Below are positions 48,324 through 61,330 of a stretch of DNA of 64,000 bases, one piece after another. The notes beneath the pieces were generated by a model. It saw nothing but the letters and a program-made list of their open reading frames with translations, made no database searches and had not been told where the DNA came from. The position numbers and the translations under genes are program-made. Every line of letters begins with the position of its first letter. The stretch's first letter is position 1. The stretch is from Octopus sinensis (taxonomy: Eukaryota), in the NCBI RefSeq assembly GCF_006345805.1, contig NC_042998.1:127782001-127846000 (forward strand). Reading direction: 5' to 3'.

Positions 48324-50005
48324 GCATAGACGATGATTACAGCTCACTGATAGGGAAACTGAAGGAGTGTTTAAGGAAGGCTAAGGGGGTGTGTCTGAGA
48401 GAGAAGAAGTGAAGAGTCTCGGAGGAAACTACGAAGTTACTCGAGAAGAGGAAAATGTGAAGAGGACTCTTGAAGATCACCTTGAATATTCCCTTCTCAG
48501 CAGAGTGATTCATCAGCAACTCAAGAGAGACTTTGAGACATACCGGTTGAGGAAGCTCCTGAAGGCCGCAGAAGAAAAGAAGAGCCTCAAGAAATGCAAG
48601 AGGGACATGACCCTATATAGATCGGAGGTGACGGCCCTGAAGAATGCAGATGGATTACCGGACAACGATAAGAGCAAGATGGAAAAGGTTTGCCAAGACT
48701 TCTACGCCAAACTCTTCAAGTCTACCAGAAATGTCCAGCCGTTACCACCACTCCAACAGGATGAAAATGTGTCACCTATCCTTGTCAGTGAGGTCGAAAG
48801 AGCCATCGGCTTGATGAAAAACGGAAAGGCGCCAGGGAAAGACGGTATAAAATCAGGCAGAGAGCAGCTCTGGAAAATCCTCGACGAGCAATTCACGCAC
48901 TATCTGGACGAGGGAAGAATTCCCTGGCAGTGGAAAGAGTCAAATACCATCCTGTTATATAAGAAGGGCGATAGAGAAGATCTAAAGAACTACCGACCCA
49001 TGTGCCTGCTGTCTCACGTGTACAAGCTGTTCACAAAGATAATTCTGAACAGGTTGTCACGTCATCTCGACGAACAACAACCGAGGGAACAAGCCGGCTT
49101 CCGGAGGAACTACAACACAATGGACCATATATTTACTCTAACACAACTGCTTGCGCAAGCGAATGAGTACAAGCTGCCTCTTTGCGTTGCGTTTGTAGAC
49201 TATGAGAAGGCGTTCGACAGCGTCGAAACCAACGCAGTACTGAACTCGCTGCAGAGGCAAGGAGTCGAGGCGCAATATGTGCAACTGCTCAGGGAGGCAA
49301 ATTCCGGTTGCACCACCGACATAGCTCTGCTGTCATCACCCGTACGAGTGCCGGCCGAGTAGGAAGTGAAGCAAGGAGATGCGATCTCTCCAAAACTTTT
49401 CACCGCATGTGTCGAGCAGATCATCAGAGGCATCGACTGACAAGCGGTGTCAACATCAATGGCGAGCTACTCACCCACCTCCGTTTCGCTGATGACATTG
49501 TAATCATTGCTGAAACCACGGATCAGCTTCAGACCATGCTGACGGAGCTCGACATCAAAAGCTCTGCAGTAGGTCTCATGATGTACTGCATGAAAATGAA
49601 GTTCACACAACGTACCAACAGGTCGAATGGTGGTCGGCAGTGACGAAATAGAGGGAGTGAAAGAATATCTCTACCTGGGACAGGAAGTGAATATGTGCCG
49701 AGACATCGAAAAGGAGATCTCGCGGAGAGTAAGGGCCGGATGGAAGGCGTTTAATGGCATATGGGATGTGCTCAAGGGAAGGTTGGACAGGACCACCCGC
49801 GCCAACCTCATCAATAACACAGTTCTACCTGCAATCTTATATGGTAGTGAAACATAGACTACAACAAAGAGAGAAGAGCAGAGATTGGTTGCGGCCCAAA
49901 AAGCCATGGAGAGGTCAATGCTTAGAATCTCGTTGAGGGAGCACATCAGTAGCGAGGTCATCAGACAGAAGTCCGGCGTGAGGGATAGCATCGTAGAATA
50001 TACAC
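48324..50005 (+). mobile_element. RTE-1-like LINE RT region, pseudogenised and lacking its 3' end
   Basis: KAPGKDG; WKESNTILLYKKGDREDLKNYRP; EQAGFR; FVDYEKAFD; VKQGD; LRFADD; YLYLG; LYGSET. There is a stop at 49360-49362 and there are frameshifts. Confidence 0.93.
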
Positions 50006-50384
50006 CTTCTCTACCGAAAAGGTAACCGCTTCCCACGATTGCTGATCAATTGTTTTTGTCCCATTTTGTCTCAAAGTCGTAAGATGGTGTCATTCATGTT
50101 TTTATTCGTTACTGTTTCCAATTTTATCTTCGTCTCTTGTTTTCCTATTCGTCTCTGTTGTCACATTCTTTCCTTCTACCAAGGAAATCTAATGCCCATA
50201 GCTTAGCTTTTCCTTGGGGCTGGCCGTTTTGGAGCAAATCTCAGAATTAAACAGCCGAAATTTGCCATGATGAATCGGTTTCTGACTGAAGAATGAAGGC
50301 TCTGAATGACTGTCTGTTTTCCGTGTTCGTCAATTCGTGAATTTCACGTTCTTTATATATAAAGTTTTATTCTATATATATATA

Positions 50385-50605
50385 TATAACTCGAAACTTA
50401 CGGGGAAAAATTCAATTTAGTATTAAATAAAATTTCACAATATAAATATATACTATATATAAATGAGAGAAAAACCACTATTATGTAATTATTTGAATTA
50501 AATAATGCTTTTTTTAATTTATATATAGTATATATTTATATTGCGGAATTTGATTTAATACTAAATTGAATTTTTCCCTGTAAGTTTGGAGTTATACTTC
50601 CTAAT
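50385..50605. repeat. Fold-back element, ~80-bp arms (50385-50463 / 50517-50596) of the CCAAACTTACAGGGAAAAATTC family
   Basis: TATAACTCGAAACTTACGGGGAAAAATTCAATTTAGTATTAAAT... is mirrored by ...ATTTAATACTAAATTGAATTTTTCCCTGTAAGTTTGGAGTTATA. The loop contains AAAAACCACTATTATG. Confidence 0.9.
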
Positions 50606-51261
50606 ATTATATATACGTAAGGGGGGGGGGCTAGTTCGGTATAGTCTGCACACTCCGACAATATTATTAGAATATTTAATATCAAGACTACGAGTAGGGG
50701 TATTTGTACCCAATATTTCTGTCTTGTGTGTATGTATATCATATAGAAGCGTATGTCCGCATATGTATGTATGTATATATGTATGTATGTATAAATCAAT
50801 TACGTCATTGTTCCTGGTATACACAGTTCGTTTGATATCGTAGCTATTTAAAACTCACATATATCTTTAGCTTCACTTTTACAATGATATTATATTCTAA
50901 TAACTTTATATATCATTGCGTATCAAAATCTTTTGTCATAGGTCTACGCCCGAGTTACTGTTAACAAAGACCTAATACTGTGTCAGTGAGCAGGCAGAGG
51001 AAATATTTTGATACTTAATAATTATATTACAATATTAAAAATAAAACAAAAGTGAATATACGAACATAGTCGTGTATGAAATGATTATCATCAGTTGACC
51101 ACAATAAGATTGTCTCACACAGTCTCGGATCAAATTACTGTTAGAAAACAAAGTATAAATCCGGTATGTGTGTGTGTGTGTGTCTGTGTGTATATCTGTG
51201 CGTGTGCGAGGAGTGTGTGTATGTTCATATACATATTCTTATATAAGCCATATATGCATCT

Positions 51262-51411
51262 CTGTAGTAGTGGGTGTCTTACTTCCCAACCACAGTGTTC
51301 CAGGTTCAGTCCCACTGCGTGGCACCTTCGGCAAGTGTTTTCTACAATAGCCCCGAGCTGACGAGAGCTGTGTGAGTTGATTTGGCAGACAGAAACTGAA
51401 AGAAGCCCGCC

Positions 51412-51498
<87 letters not shown>

Positions 51499-51546
51499 CA
51501 TACATACATACACACATACATACATACATACATACATACATACTAC

Positions 51547-51615
<69 letters not shown>

Positions 51616-52240
51616 CATTTATGCATACATGTATGTATGTGTGTTTCTGTCAATGTTTCTCGCACCACCACTTCTTGACAACCGGTGATGCTGTGTTTAC
51701 ATCCCCATAACTCAGTTCGTCTCAAGAAAGTGATAAAATAAGTACCAGGATTAAAATAATTACTGGGTCGATTCAGTCGACTAGAAATTCAAGGCGGTGC
51801 CCCAGCATGGCCGCAGTCTAATAACTGAAACAAGCAAAAGTTAAAAGATATTTGTACACACACACACACAAACACACACAGATATGAATGTATGTAAAGG
51901 CGCAGCTATGGGTGTGTGGTTAAAACGCTCGCTTTACAACCATGTGATTTCAGGCTTAGTACTACAGTGAGACATATTGAGCAAGTGTCCTCTACGATAA
52001 CCTCGGACTGACCTATGCTTTCTGCGTGAATTTGGCAAACGGAAAATGTGTTGAAGCCTGTTGTATACATATATGTGTGTCTTTGTTGTTGTGTTTGTTC
52101 CCGATCACCTCTTGACAGCGGGCGATGGTTTGTTTTCGTCCACGTAAATTAGCGATCCGACCAAATAACTAAAACAAAAAAAATGTACAGTTGATTTGTT
52201 TGACTAAACATTTCTGTGCAGTATCCCTGCAGAATAAAAG
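51262..52240 (+). mobile_element. Two tandem SINEs of the family at 4903 (51262-51850 and 51895-52240), each with an internal microsatellite
   Basis: GGTTCAGTCCCACTGCGTGGCACCTTCGGCAAGTGTTTTCTAC head/core and an AAGGCGGTGCCCCAGCATGGCCGCAG tail. Confidence 0.8.
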
Positions 52241-52652
52241 GTGTGTGTATGTGTGTGTGAGTGTGTGCGTTTGTGCTTGTGTTTGTGTGCGTATGTGTGT
52301 GTGAGTGTGTGTGACTAAGTGTAAACGTGTGTGTTTGAACATGGGAATTGTTAAGTGCTCAACATCATCAGTTGGAGTCTTGAACAAATGAATTCAACAT
52401 ATCCCCTCGAGAAGGTTTCGAGAAGACTCACTTGACAGAAATAGGGTAGAAGCCTGTTGACTGGACAGTCCTGTAATTCAAAAGCCTTAGTCTTGTGAAG
52501 CTGATGGCACACTGATTCTAACGGGTAATTACGATAAAGGTACGCGTGTATGTGGTATACTCGGCCACTTGTAACGATGATTCAACGGGAACATTGTGCA
52601 GTTCATGGAATGACTGAACGTTCATATCTTGAAATCGACACGAAAAAGTCCA

Positions 52653-52724
<72 letters not shown>

Positions 52725-52727
<3 letters not shown>

Positions 52728-52849
52728 TAGGGAGTATAACTCCAAACTTACAGGGAAAAATTCAATTTTAGTATTAAATCAAATTTCACAATATAAAAAT
52801 ATAAAATATGTTTGGCTTGCATAATAGTGGTTTTATCTCTAATTTATAT

Positions 52850-52850
<1 letters not shown>
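52725..52850. repeat. Head of the CCAAACTTACAGGG family joined to an inverted distal piece
   Basis: TATTAGGGAGTATAACTCCAAACTTACAGGGAAAAATTC..., then GCATAATAGTGGTTTTATCTCTAATT. The latter is the reverse of the segment that follows the head at 38580-38605 and 50460-50485. Confidence 0.8.
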
Positions 52851-52893
<43 letters not shown>

Positions 52894-52899
52894 ATATGT

Positions 52900-52947
<48 letters not shown>

Positions 52948-52960
52948 TGTGTGTGTGTGT

Positions 52961-53367
52961 TCAGTAAAATTTAGATTCAGATGAATATGGTACTTAAGTC
53001 AAAAACACTAGAATTTTGTACGGTTTATCCGTATAAACCCATGGGGTGATTATAATCAAAATAAGCAACAAGTATATTCGAGGTAATGTGCTACAATCGT
53101 TTCATGCTACTTCATTTTAGTAAACATTAAGTATTACATCAGTTTTAAAATGTCGAGCAATCTTCAGCCACTTATAGAAATTTTCCAATCAAATGGACAA
53201 TGCACATTCTTATGTCTATTTCGTTTGCCAACATTATAAAGAGGATAGATATACAGACAGAGAGGTTAATTTCATTCTTAAGAACATGATAGTGTTTAAT
53301 AAAATGAAGTAGCATGAAACGATTGTACCACATTACCTCGTATATACTTGTTGCTTATTTTGATTAT
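52961..53367. repeat. Fold-back element: head plus ~75-bp arms (53052-53127 / 53292-53367) and a ~165-bp loop
   Basis: ATAATCAAAATAAGCAACAAGTATAT.CGAGGTAATGTG.TACAATCGTTTCATGCTACTTCATTTTA is mirrored with 2 mismatches. Confidence 0.92.
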
Positions 53368-53373
53368 TATTAT

Positions 53374-53443
<70 letters not shown>

Positions 53444-53547
53444 GTGTGTACATATATAGAGCTACACAAGTAGATAGATAGATCAATAGACAGACAGACA
53501 GACACACACACACAGGCACACACACAGACAGACAGACACACAGACAA

Positions 53548-53658
<111 letters not shown>

Positions 53659-53971
53659 TACATATGTATATATCTACATGTTTTCACACATGCACACACA
53701 CATACACACACATACACACAAACACACATACACACACACAGAGGCACAGTAAAGAAACAGCGTATCAAGGTGTAATTATTTCTACCTTGATATATGACAT
53801 TAGTGGAAATAAACCAGATTCCTATGGCTGCACCATTATCAATGAAAGAGACTGCATACGTTTCGCATTAAATTTTCAATTAACTGGAAGGCACACATTT
53901 ATATCTATTTAGAAACCCTTTACAATATAAGATCTTATGAGAATATACATGTATGTGTGAATGTATCTATG

Positions 53972-54013
<42 letters not shown>

Positions 54014-54063
54014 TGTATGTATGTATGGATGGATGTATGTATGTGTGTGTGTATGTATGTATG

Positions 54064-54095
<32 letters not shown>

Positions 54096-54249
54096 TGTAT
54101 GTATGTATGTATGTATGTGTGTATGTATGTATGTATGTATGTGTGCATATATTTCTGAAAGTTGCAGAATTTTCTCAATGTGAGGATATTAGACTCTGAT
54201 ACTCTATAAACAATACTGCTCACTATTTCTCCCTATTAGTCACTAGTCT

Positions 54250-54512
54250 CTTATTATTTCTGTATTTGCTGTTGTTGTCACTGCTGCTGTTGTTGTTGTT
54301 GTTGTTGTTGTCGTTATTGTTGCTGTTGTTGTTGCCGTTGATGCTGCTTTGTATTCAAAATGGCAGAGTGTTGATCGTCGAGGTAGCACAGTCAATGTGG
54401 TGATACTAACGGGGTTTTGTTGCAGATATCTATGACCAGTTATACTGCGAGTGATGGTGGTGTCTTTTTGGGGTTGGAAGAAAACTCATGACATCTCCAT
54501 TACAACTTCCAT

Positions 54513-54548
<36 letters not shown>

Positions 54549-54771
54549 AACTACTGCTACCGTTGATGATGGTCATAATCACCATCATCGTCGTTGTCAT
54601 CATACTCGTCGTCATAACAGGGTTCATTGTATCAATGAGGAAGCTGGTAGCAGGAATGCTTTTTGTATGCATTTTGGATGGCAGCGTTTCTTCGTAATAG
54701 AAGTGATGGCAATATGGCTGGTTGCACTGTTGGTGGCTGCAGCAGCAGCAGCAGTAATAGTAGTATTAGTG

Positions 54772-54832
<61 letters not shown>

Positions 54833-55350
54833 CATGGATGTGTAGCAATGATAATATTCGAATATGTAGTACTGCAAGTACTTATAATGGCATAAGGTCA
54901 TAATGGTAACGGCGGTATCATTTATATTGGTGGTGGTAGTAGTAGTGGTGATGGTAGGGCTGGTGGTTATGGTTGCAGATTGGATGATGTTAGAAACAAG
55001 GATGGCATCGTTGGTTCTCATAGTACTGCTTGGTTGAAAGGGTTTGGTTTGGTTGTTTGATGCCTGGTTGTTTGATGCCTGGTCGTTTATTGGCTGGTTG
55101 ACTAGCTGGCTGGCTGGCTGGCTGGTTGGCTGGTTGCTTGTTTGGTTGGTAGGCTGCTCGTGGTAAACGTCCATGCATGTTTTTGCTAGCAGTGGGTGTG
55201 GTAACGGAAAAACTCGGGGTTACATCAATAGCACTTGTTGAAATAATTATATTGTTGGTTATCTTAATGGAAAAGCGGGTAATAGTTGCTGTTGCTGATA
55301 CTGATTGCTGCTGGTGCTGCTGATGCTACTGATGCTGCTGCCACTGCAGT
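54250..55350. repeat. Trinucleotide mosaic (GTT/CTA/GTA/GGT/GCT) with a short GGCT/GGTT tract
   Basis: Directly visible. ORFs here are homopolymeric amino-acid runs. Confidence 0.85.
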
Positions 55351-56239
55351 CCATGTTGTTGTTGTTCAACCCCTGGTATACTCGGATCGATTAAACCTAT
55401 GATCAAAAGCACTATGTGTATTTTTTTGTATCTATCTTGAGATTATGTTTTTATATCTGAAGTAGTGTATATATGTAGGACTTGATTCACCAACATGTAA
55501 AGATATTGTATTAGCTCTTACTTTTAACTGGCAAAATTATTTCTAGAGCTGCCTCCATTGGTTTTTATTTCAAAATAATTAAGACAACAGCGTGTACTTT
55601 GATGAGGATTTAGCTGCTATTTCTAGCAGGTTTACGACTAAGTGGAGGATCTTCGTTTGGCTTAGATCCAACGAGGTTACCTCTAAGTGGTTGTTCGTCC
55701 AATTTGATATATCACAAGCCACGTTCTGGTTGATGCTGTACATTACTGTATAATATATAGTGTTTTACTGTTAGTTTGGTGGTTCATATTCAATGCAAAT
55801 GTTAACCAGTTTTCTATTTTTCTATGTTTTTTTCCGGTTTGTTGCTGTTGTTGGTATTTTCCTTGTTTAGTATTTGATGTTGAATTTTATTTTGGCTGTG
55901 TGTGGGTTTTCTCTTCTCTATTTGAAGCAGTCTCTGGTTTTTAATGAGACTGGCTATTTCTGGTATGTAACATTTTTGGCCTTGTGAGATACATTTTTAG
56001 ATGTCTAAAATTATTTTCTTGAATGTAGTATTGCTGCGTTTTACGTTGGTGATAGTAGTGTTGTTGAAATCTAAAAACATCATTCTGAATCTTGATGGAA
56101 CTCGTACCATTGTGCTTTTTTGAAAATTTCTAATAAGTGTTTTCGCTTTCATCGTTGATGTGCAACTGTGAACTAATGATAATTGCTAGGTGGTCCGAGG
56201 AAAGCTGGGGAAATCGTTTGCTAAGTGATTACCATTACT

Positions 56240-56304
<65 letters not shown>

Positions 56305-56867
56305 GCAAAAGGTGATGTCTGGAAAAGATATGCTATAGTTAGTTTGGTGATATATGTGTTTGTGTCGATGTAGACTGCATAGGATATAAAGGCAAATTAT
56401 TTGATACTGCTATTGTAATCGGTACTATTAGATTCCAGGGGGTGTTGATTATTAATGAGCTCTTCGTTTAATATTGGTGTTTGTGAAAGTGTTAAAGTAC
56501 TGCAGTTGGGGTGTGTAAATTGAGAGAACAGTTTTTGAAGTCGGTTGTCCTATATGTGTGTACTGTGTTTCTATGTATGTATGTATGTATGTATGTATGT
56601 ATGTATGTATGTATGTATGTATGTACGTACGTGTGTGTCTGTGTGCGCGCATTTGGTATTGGTAATTTTTGTTTGAAAGTCTGTAATTCGATTGTGAAAG
56701 CGCCTGTATTATTTGAGTATAATTTTGAACGGTAACAGAAATTTTGATTCCATGAAGATATTTTAACATCGTTAGTTTTTCGATATTGTAGAATACATAC
56801 ATACATACATACATACATACATACATACATACATACACACACATACATACATACATACATACATACA

Positions 56868-56898
<31 letters not shown>

Positions 56899-56938
56899 TA
56901 ACACACACATATTAACACACACACATACACACATACGC

Positions 56939-57136
<198 letters not shown>

Positions 57137-57579
57137 TCCTTGGTTATTAAGCTTCTTTTTATGTGAGGAAAGTTTTCTTTTAAATATATTCTGATCACAC
57201 CTGAGACATTTGGAACAAGAGCACATACATTTTTTTTTTGTCATCGTTTCAGTCAATGTTATTTTTTTCTGTAAACATGTATTTTTCCAAATGCTGTCTG
57301 AAGGCATTTGTGAGATTATCTGGAAGACTCTTTTAAAGATATTTTCCTTTATAAGTGTTACAGAGACCCCATGACCAAATGTTATTCACTGATGGCATTC
57401 AAACATGTGAGAAATATTTCTGTGTCGAGTACACGACGTCCGACCGACCTTCTAATTGTAATCACCCTGTTTTGGTTTCCAGCATGTTATATTCAGCATT
57501 AGTTTATACTGTATATTTCATTAATGTATATTTACCACTTGAACTGTTTCAAGTCGACGGCCGGCCTGGGCAAAACCAT

Positions 57580-58180
57580 GTAGTGAATTAGAATTCTCGT
57601 GAGCTGTCATTCTTGAGAGGATATACTTGGATAAGTGGCTATCGCACGGCACGGGATGTTGACGTCGGTAGTGAAAGGAAGGAAAGATGAGTCAGGAGGA
57701 CCTGAACGGAGGCACCAAAGAGACACCGAAATCTAAAGTGCAGAAGCTACTGTAGTATCGATAGAAAAGACGGAGAGACTACGCCTCTGGTGTAGATATT
57801 CGAGTGTGTGATTGAATTCACATCAGTCAGTTGAGTAACAGTTCCACTCAATAAGCGATTTAGAGTACATGTGTGTAGTTGAAGCACCATTCCACAATTG
57901 GGAGCAGTTCACTAATTTTGTGAAGGGAGACCGTCAGTGGAGGTAATGCCGCAGCATTTGAAGTGATCGTCATGGTTCTAGTTGGGTGATGTTCATGTTT
58001 AGGAAAGAAGAAGGAATGTATCCTTGATATGTATATTAAGTTTGTGCTTTTGCTGTTGACGACAAAAATGTTATCACCCTATTGGAGGATGTTTTCTAGA
58101 TCTGTGTTCATGAAGTCAGTATAGGCGTGATGTGTCTGGGTTGCCCGTGGAGAACACCTGGACGCGAAAATGTGTAATCA
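57580..58180 (-). mobile_element. Decayed CR1/Jockey-like LINE, 3' part of ORF2
   Basis: Across frameshifts the minus strand reads NTDLENILQ*GD...CSQLWNGAST...LFYRYYSSFC...SLVPP, matching the EYCSxxWxG and FYRYY...PP blocks. Confidence 0.55.
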
Positions 58181-58499
58181 TTGTAGTTATTGGTAACTGT
58201 TGCTGCAAAGGTGGTGAAGATAGTGTTTAACCTACCTCAGCTCAAACCAAAGTCATTTCAGCCATGTTGTCTTTCAGAGAACTCACGACTACATCATCCA
58301 ACGTTCCGCTTAATAAGAGGTTATGATGTGATATCAGGCAAGTATGCATACTGTTTCGAGCAGATGGAGCGACCACGTAGAGATTACAACGTCAGCCCTT
58401 AATATCGTTTGGGGCTGGTTTGAGCCTAGGTGAGAGGATCAATCAAACAAGCGAGGCAACAAAGTGAAGCTTGACTTATTTTTTTAGAAGCTCGAATCA

Positions 58500-59426
58500 A
58501 CATTTCCGTTGTTTTGAAATGAACCACAAGATCTATTATTGCGATTGTAGCGTTGACAGTTGTTGATAGTGGCTGATGTTGGTTGTGGTATTGGTATTGC
58601 CGTTGGGAGTGGCATTGGTAGGTGGCGTTGTGACACTAGTGTTGGTAAGAGTTGAGGTCGTTGTAATGAATGTGTTGGTAGTGGTTGTGATAGATGTACG
58701 AATGGCATTAGTCGTTGTAGTAGTGATAAAGATGATGATGATGATGATGATGGTAGTGGTGGTGGTGGAAGTTGTGGTGGTGATCATCGTCACCCTTCCA
58801 GTTACGGTGGTGGGGGTGGGGTGAGGAGGAGGACGGCGACGGCAACATTGGTGGTGATAATAATATAATATTGAAGGGAGTGATGATGATATTTATGTGG
58901 TGATTTTGATATGATGATGGTGGTGGTAGTGGAGACGACATTGCTGCTGGATTGATAACGATGGTGTTGATGCTATTGATGATGATGATGATGATGAGGA
59001 GGAGGAGGAGGACGACGACGACGACTACTACGATGAAGTCGATGACGACTACGACTACGACGACGATGATGATCGTGTGGATGATAATGATAATGGTGTT
59101 GATAATGATGATGGTGGTGGTGATGATGAAGATGATGATGTTGATGATGATGATAATGACGATGATGATGATGATGATGATGATTGATGATGATGATGAT
59201 GATGATTGTTATCGGTGGCGGCGGTGGTGATACTGATAGTAGGTTTCTCTTTCTAATCTACAACGGATATTATTCATGGCTCGTGCTGGAACAATCAATT
59301 GAAGGTTAGCCAAAAATTCCTTTACGTCTGTGTGTCCCCAGGACATTTATATCTGTGTGGTTTGTATTGTGTTATATGCCTGCGACTATGTGCCTGTGTG
59401 TGTACTTATAGGTATATATATATATA

Positions 59427-59470
<44 letters not shown>

Positions 59471-59604
59471 GTATACATAAATACATACATACATACACAC
59501 ACATATATATATATACATATACATATATATATACATATATATATACACACACGTATATATATACATACATATATATAATATATATATACATATATATATA
59601 CATG

Positions 59605-59674
<70 letters not shown>

Positions 59675-60373
59675 ATGTGCGTGCGGGGTTGCGAGTAGAT
59701 GTATCATTATTATATGTATATTTATCCGATAGTTTATATATAACTGTATGTATATATACATATATACACACAAACTCACACATATATAGGCATAAATATT
59801 CATATATTTATAACTGTGAGTGTGCGTGTGTATTTGTGTCTCTATAGTTTTCATGGGGTTATCAGTTTTAATGTATGTGTGTGTGAGTGTGTCTGTCTGT
59901 CCGTCTGTGTGCTTGCGTGTGTATACGCATGCAAACACATACAGAGACACACACACACAAACATATACAAATGTGTATATAACAAAATGACACCAATTAT
60001 ATGTATGTTTGCGTATGTGTATGTGTATATGTATGCGTACGCGTTAATGTCCGTTTGTATAATGGTTTTCATTTGTTCTTCATTACTTTTGTCGTTGTGG
60101 CTGCTGTTATTGTTGTTGTTATCGTTGTTACTGCTGCAGCTATTGTTGTTGTTGTTGTTGTTTTCGTTCCATTATGGCCGTGTGTGTTGATATGATATGG
60201 TGTGATATAAGAGTAGATGGTATTATGTGTAGGCAAGAATCTATGATGTTTCATTCGGAAGATTATTTATGGATTAGTTGCTACTCACGGGAAGTTATGT
60301 CGGGGCCAGCGTGTGCAACGATATCGACGGTGGCCTTGTTGGTTATTATGGTGGCGGTTGTGGTGGTGTTGAT

Positions 60374-60405
<32 letters not shown>

Positions 60406-61330
60406 TATTGGCGATCGAGGTGGAAATTGTAGTGAATGTGGTCGTGGTAGTTACGGTGATGGCGGTGGTAAGTAAAGGAGAGAAGGTGGTGATCGAAGTG
60501 GTGCGGTGTGGGTTTTTATTGAATGTAGCGATGGTGATGGTGATGATGATGATGATGATGATGATAGCTTTTGTTCTTGTCGATGTTGTTGCTGTCGTTT
60601 ATGGCGGTCGGTGGTGGTGAGGTGCAAGCGGTGGGAAAGTGGTGGGTTAGTGTGGTAGTGGTGGTGGTACTGGTACTGCAACAAGTGTGGCGGCTGCGGC
60701 GGCGGCGGTCGTGGTGGTCGTTCTGGCTGCAATATTTGTGGTGGTGATGGTGGTGTTGGTGGTGGTTGTGGTGGTAGCGGCGGCGGCTGCGGTGGTGGTG
60801 GTTGTGGTGGTGGGTTGCTGGGAAGAATAGGTGATGATATAATTGGTGTGGTGATATTGAATGCAGTGATGATTGTTGTTGCTGTTCTGGTGGATGAGGT
60901 TAGTGGAGTGATGGTGAGTGTTGGTTGGGATTGTCGAGGCATTGTTGTTGTTGTTGTTGTTATTGTTGAGCTGTGGTTAGGAGCAATGTTAATGGTAGTA
61001 GTGGTGATGGTGTAGACAGCGGCGGCGGCGGATTTGATAAATATGCTAATGGTAAAGCTGACAGTGCCAGTCAAGTTGGATGTAGACGTGATGGTGGTGG
61101 TGGTGGTGGTGGTGGTGGTAGTAGGGTACGTGTATATTGTGAAAGTTATAGTAATGGTGGTGGATGCAATAGCGATAATTAGTGGTGCTTGTGGTGTGTG
61201 ATGATGGTGGTGATGGAGATGGTAAAGATGGCGGTGGCAGTAATAAAGATAGAGATCGGAGTAATAGCGTATGATGATTGTGATTATGGTGATGGTGATG
61301 ATGCTGTGTGTGGTGGTAGTGTGTCTACGC
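58500..61330. repeat. Large G/T-skewed trinucleotide mosaic (GGT/GAT/GTT/GGC), interrupted by TA/CA repeats at ~59400-60030
   Basis: Strong 3-nt periodicity and strand asymmetry, with no recognisable domain. Confidence 0.8.

Noticed and set aside
55760-56180. Possible highly decayed PLE linker/GIY remnant on the minus strand (CYIPEIASLIKN...NTIYY)
   Set aside because: Only vague motif echoes; no intact GIY/YIG.
60451-61074. 207-aa Pro/Thr-rich ORF as an extensin- or mucin-like gene
   Set aside because: It is the antisense reading of the GGT/GTT mosaic, with no signal peptide, splice support or domain.
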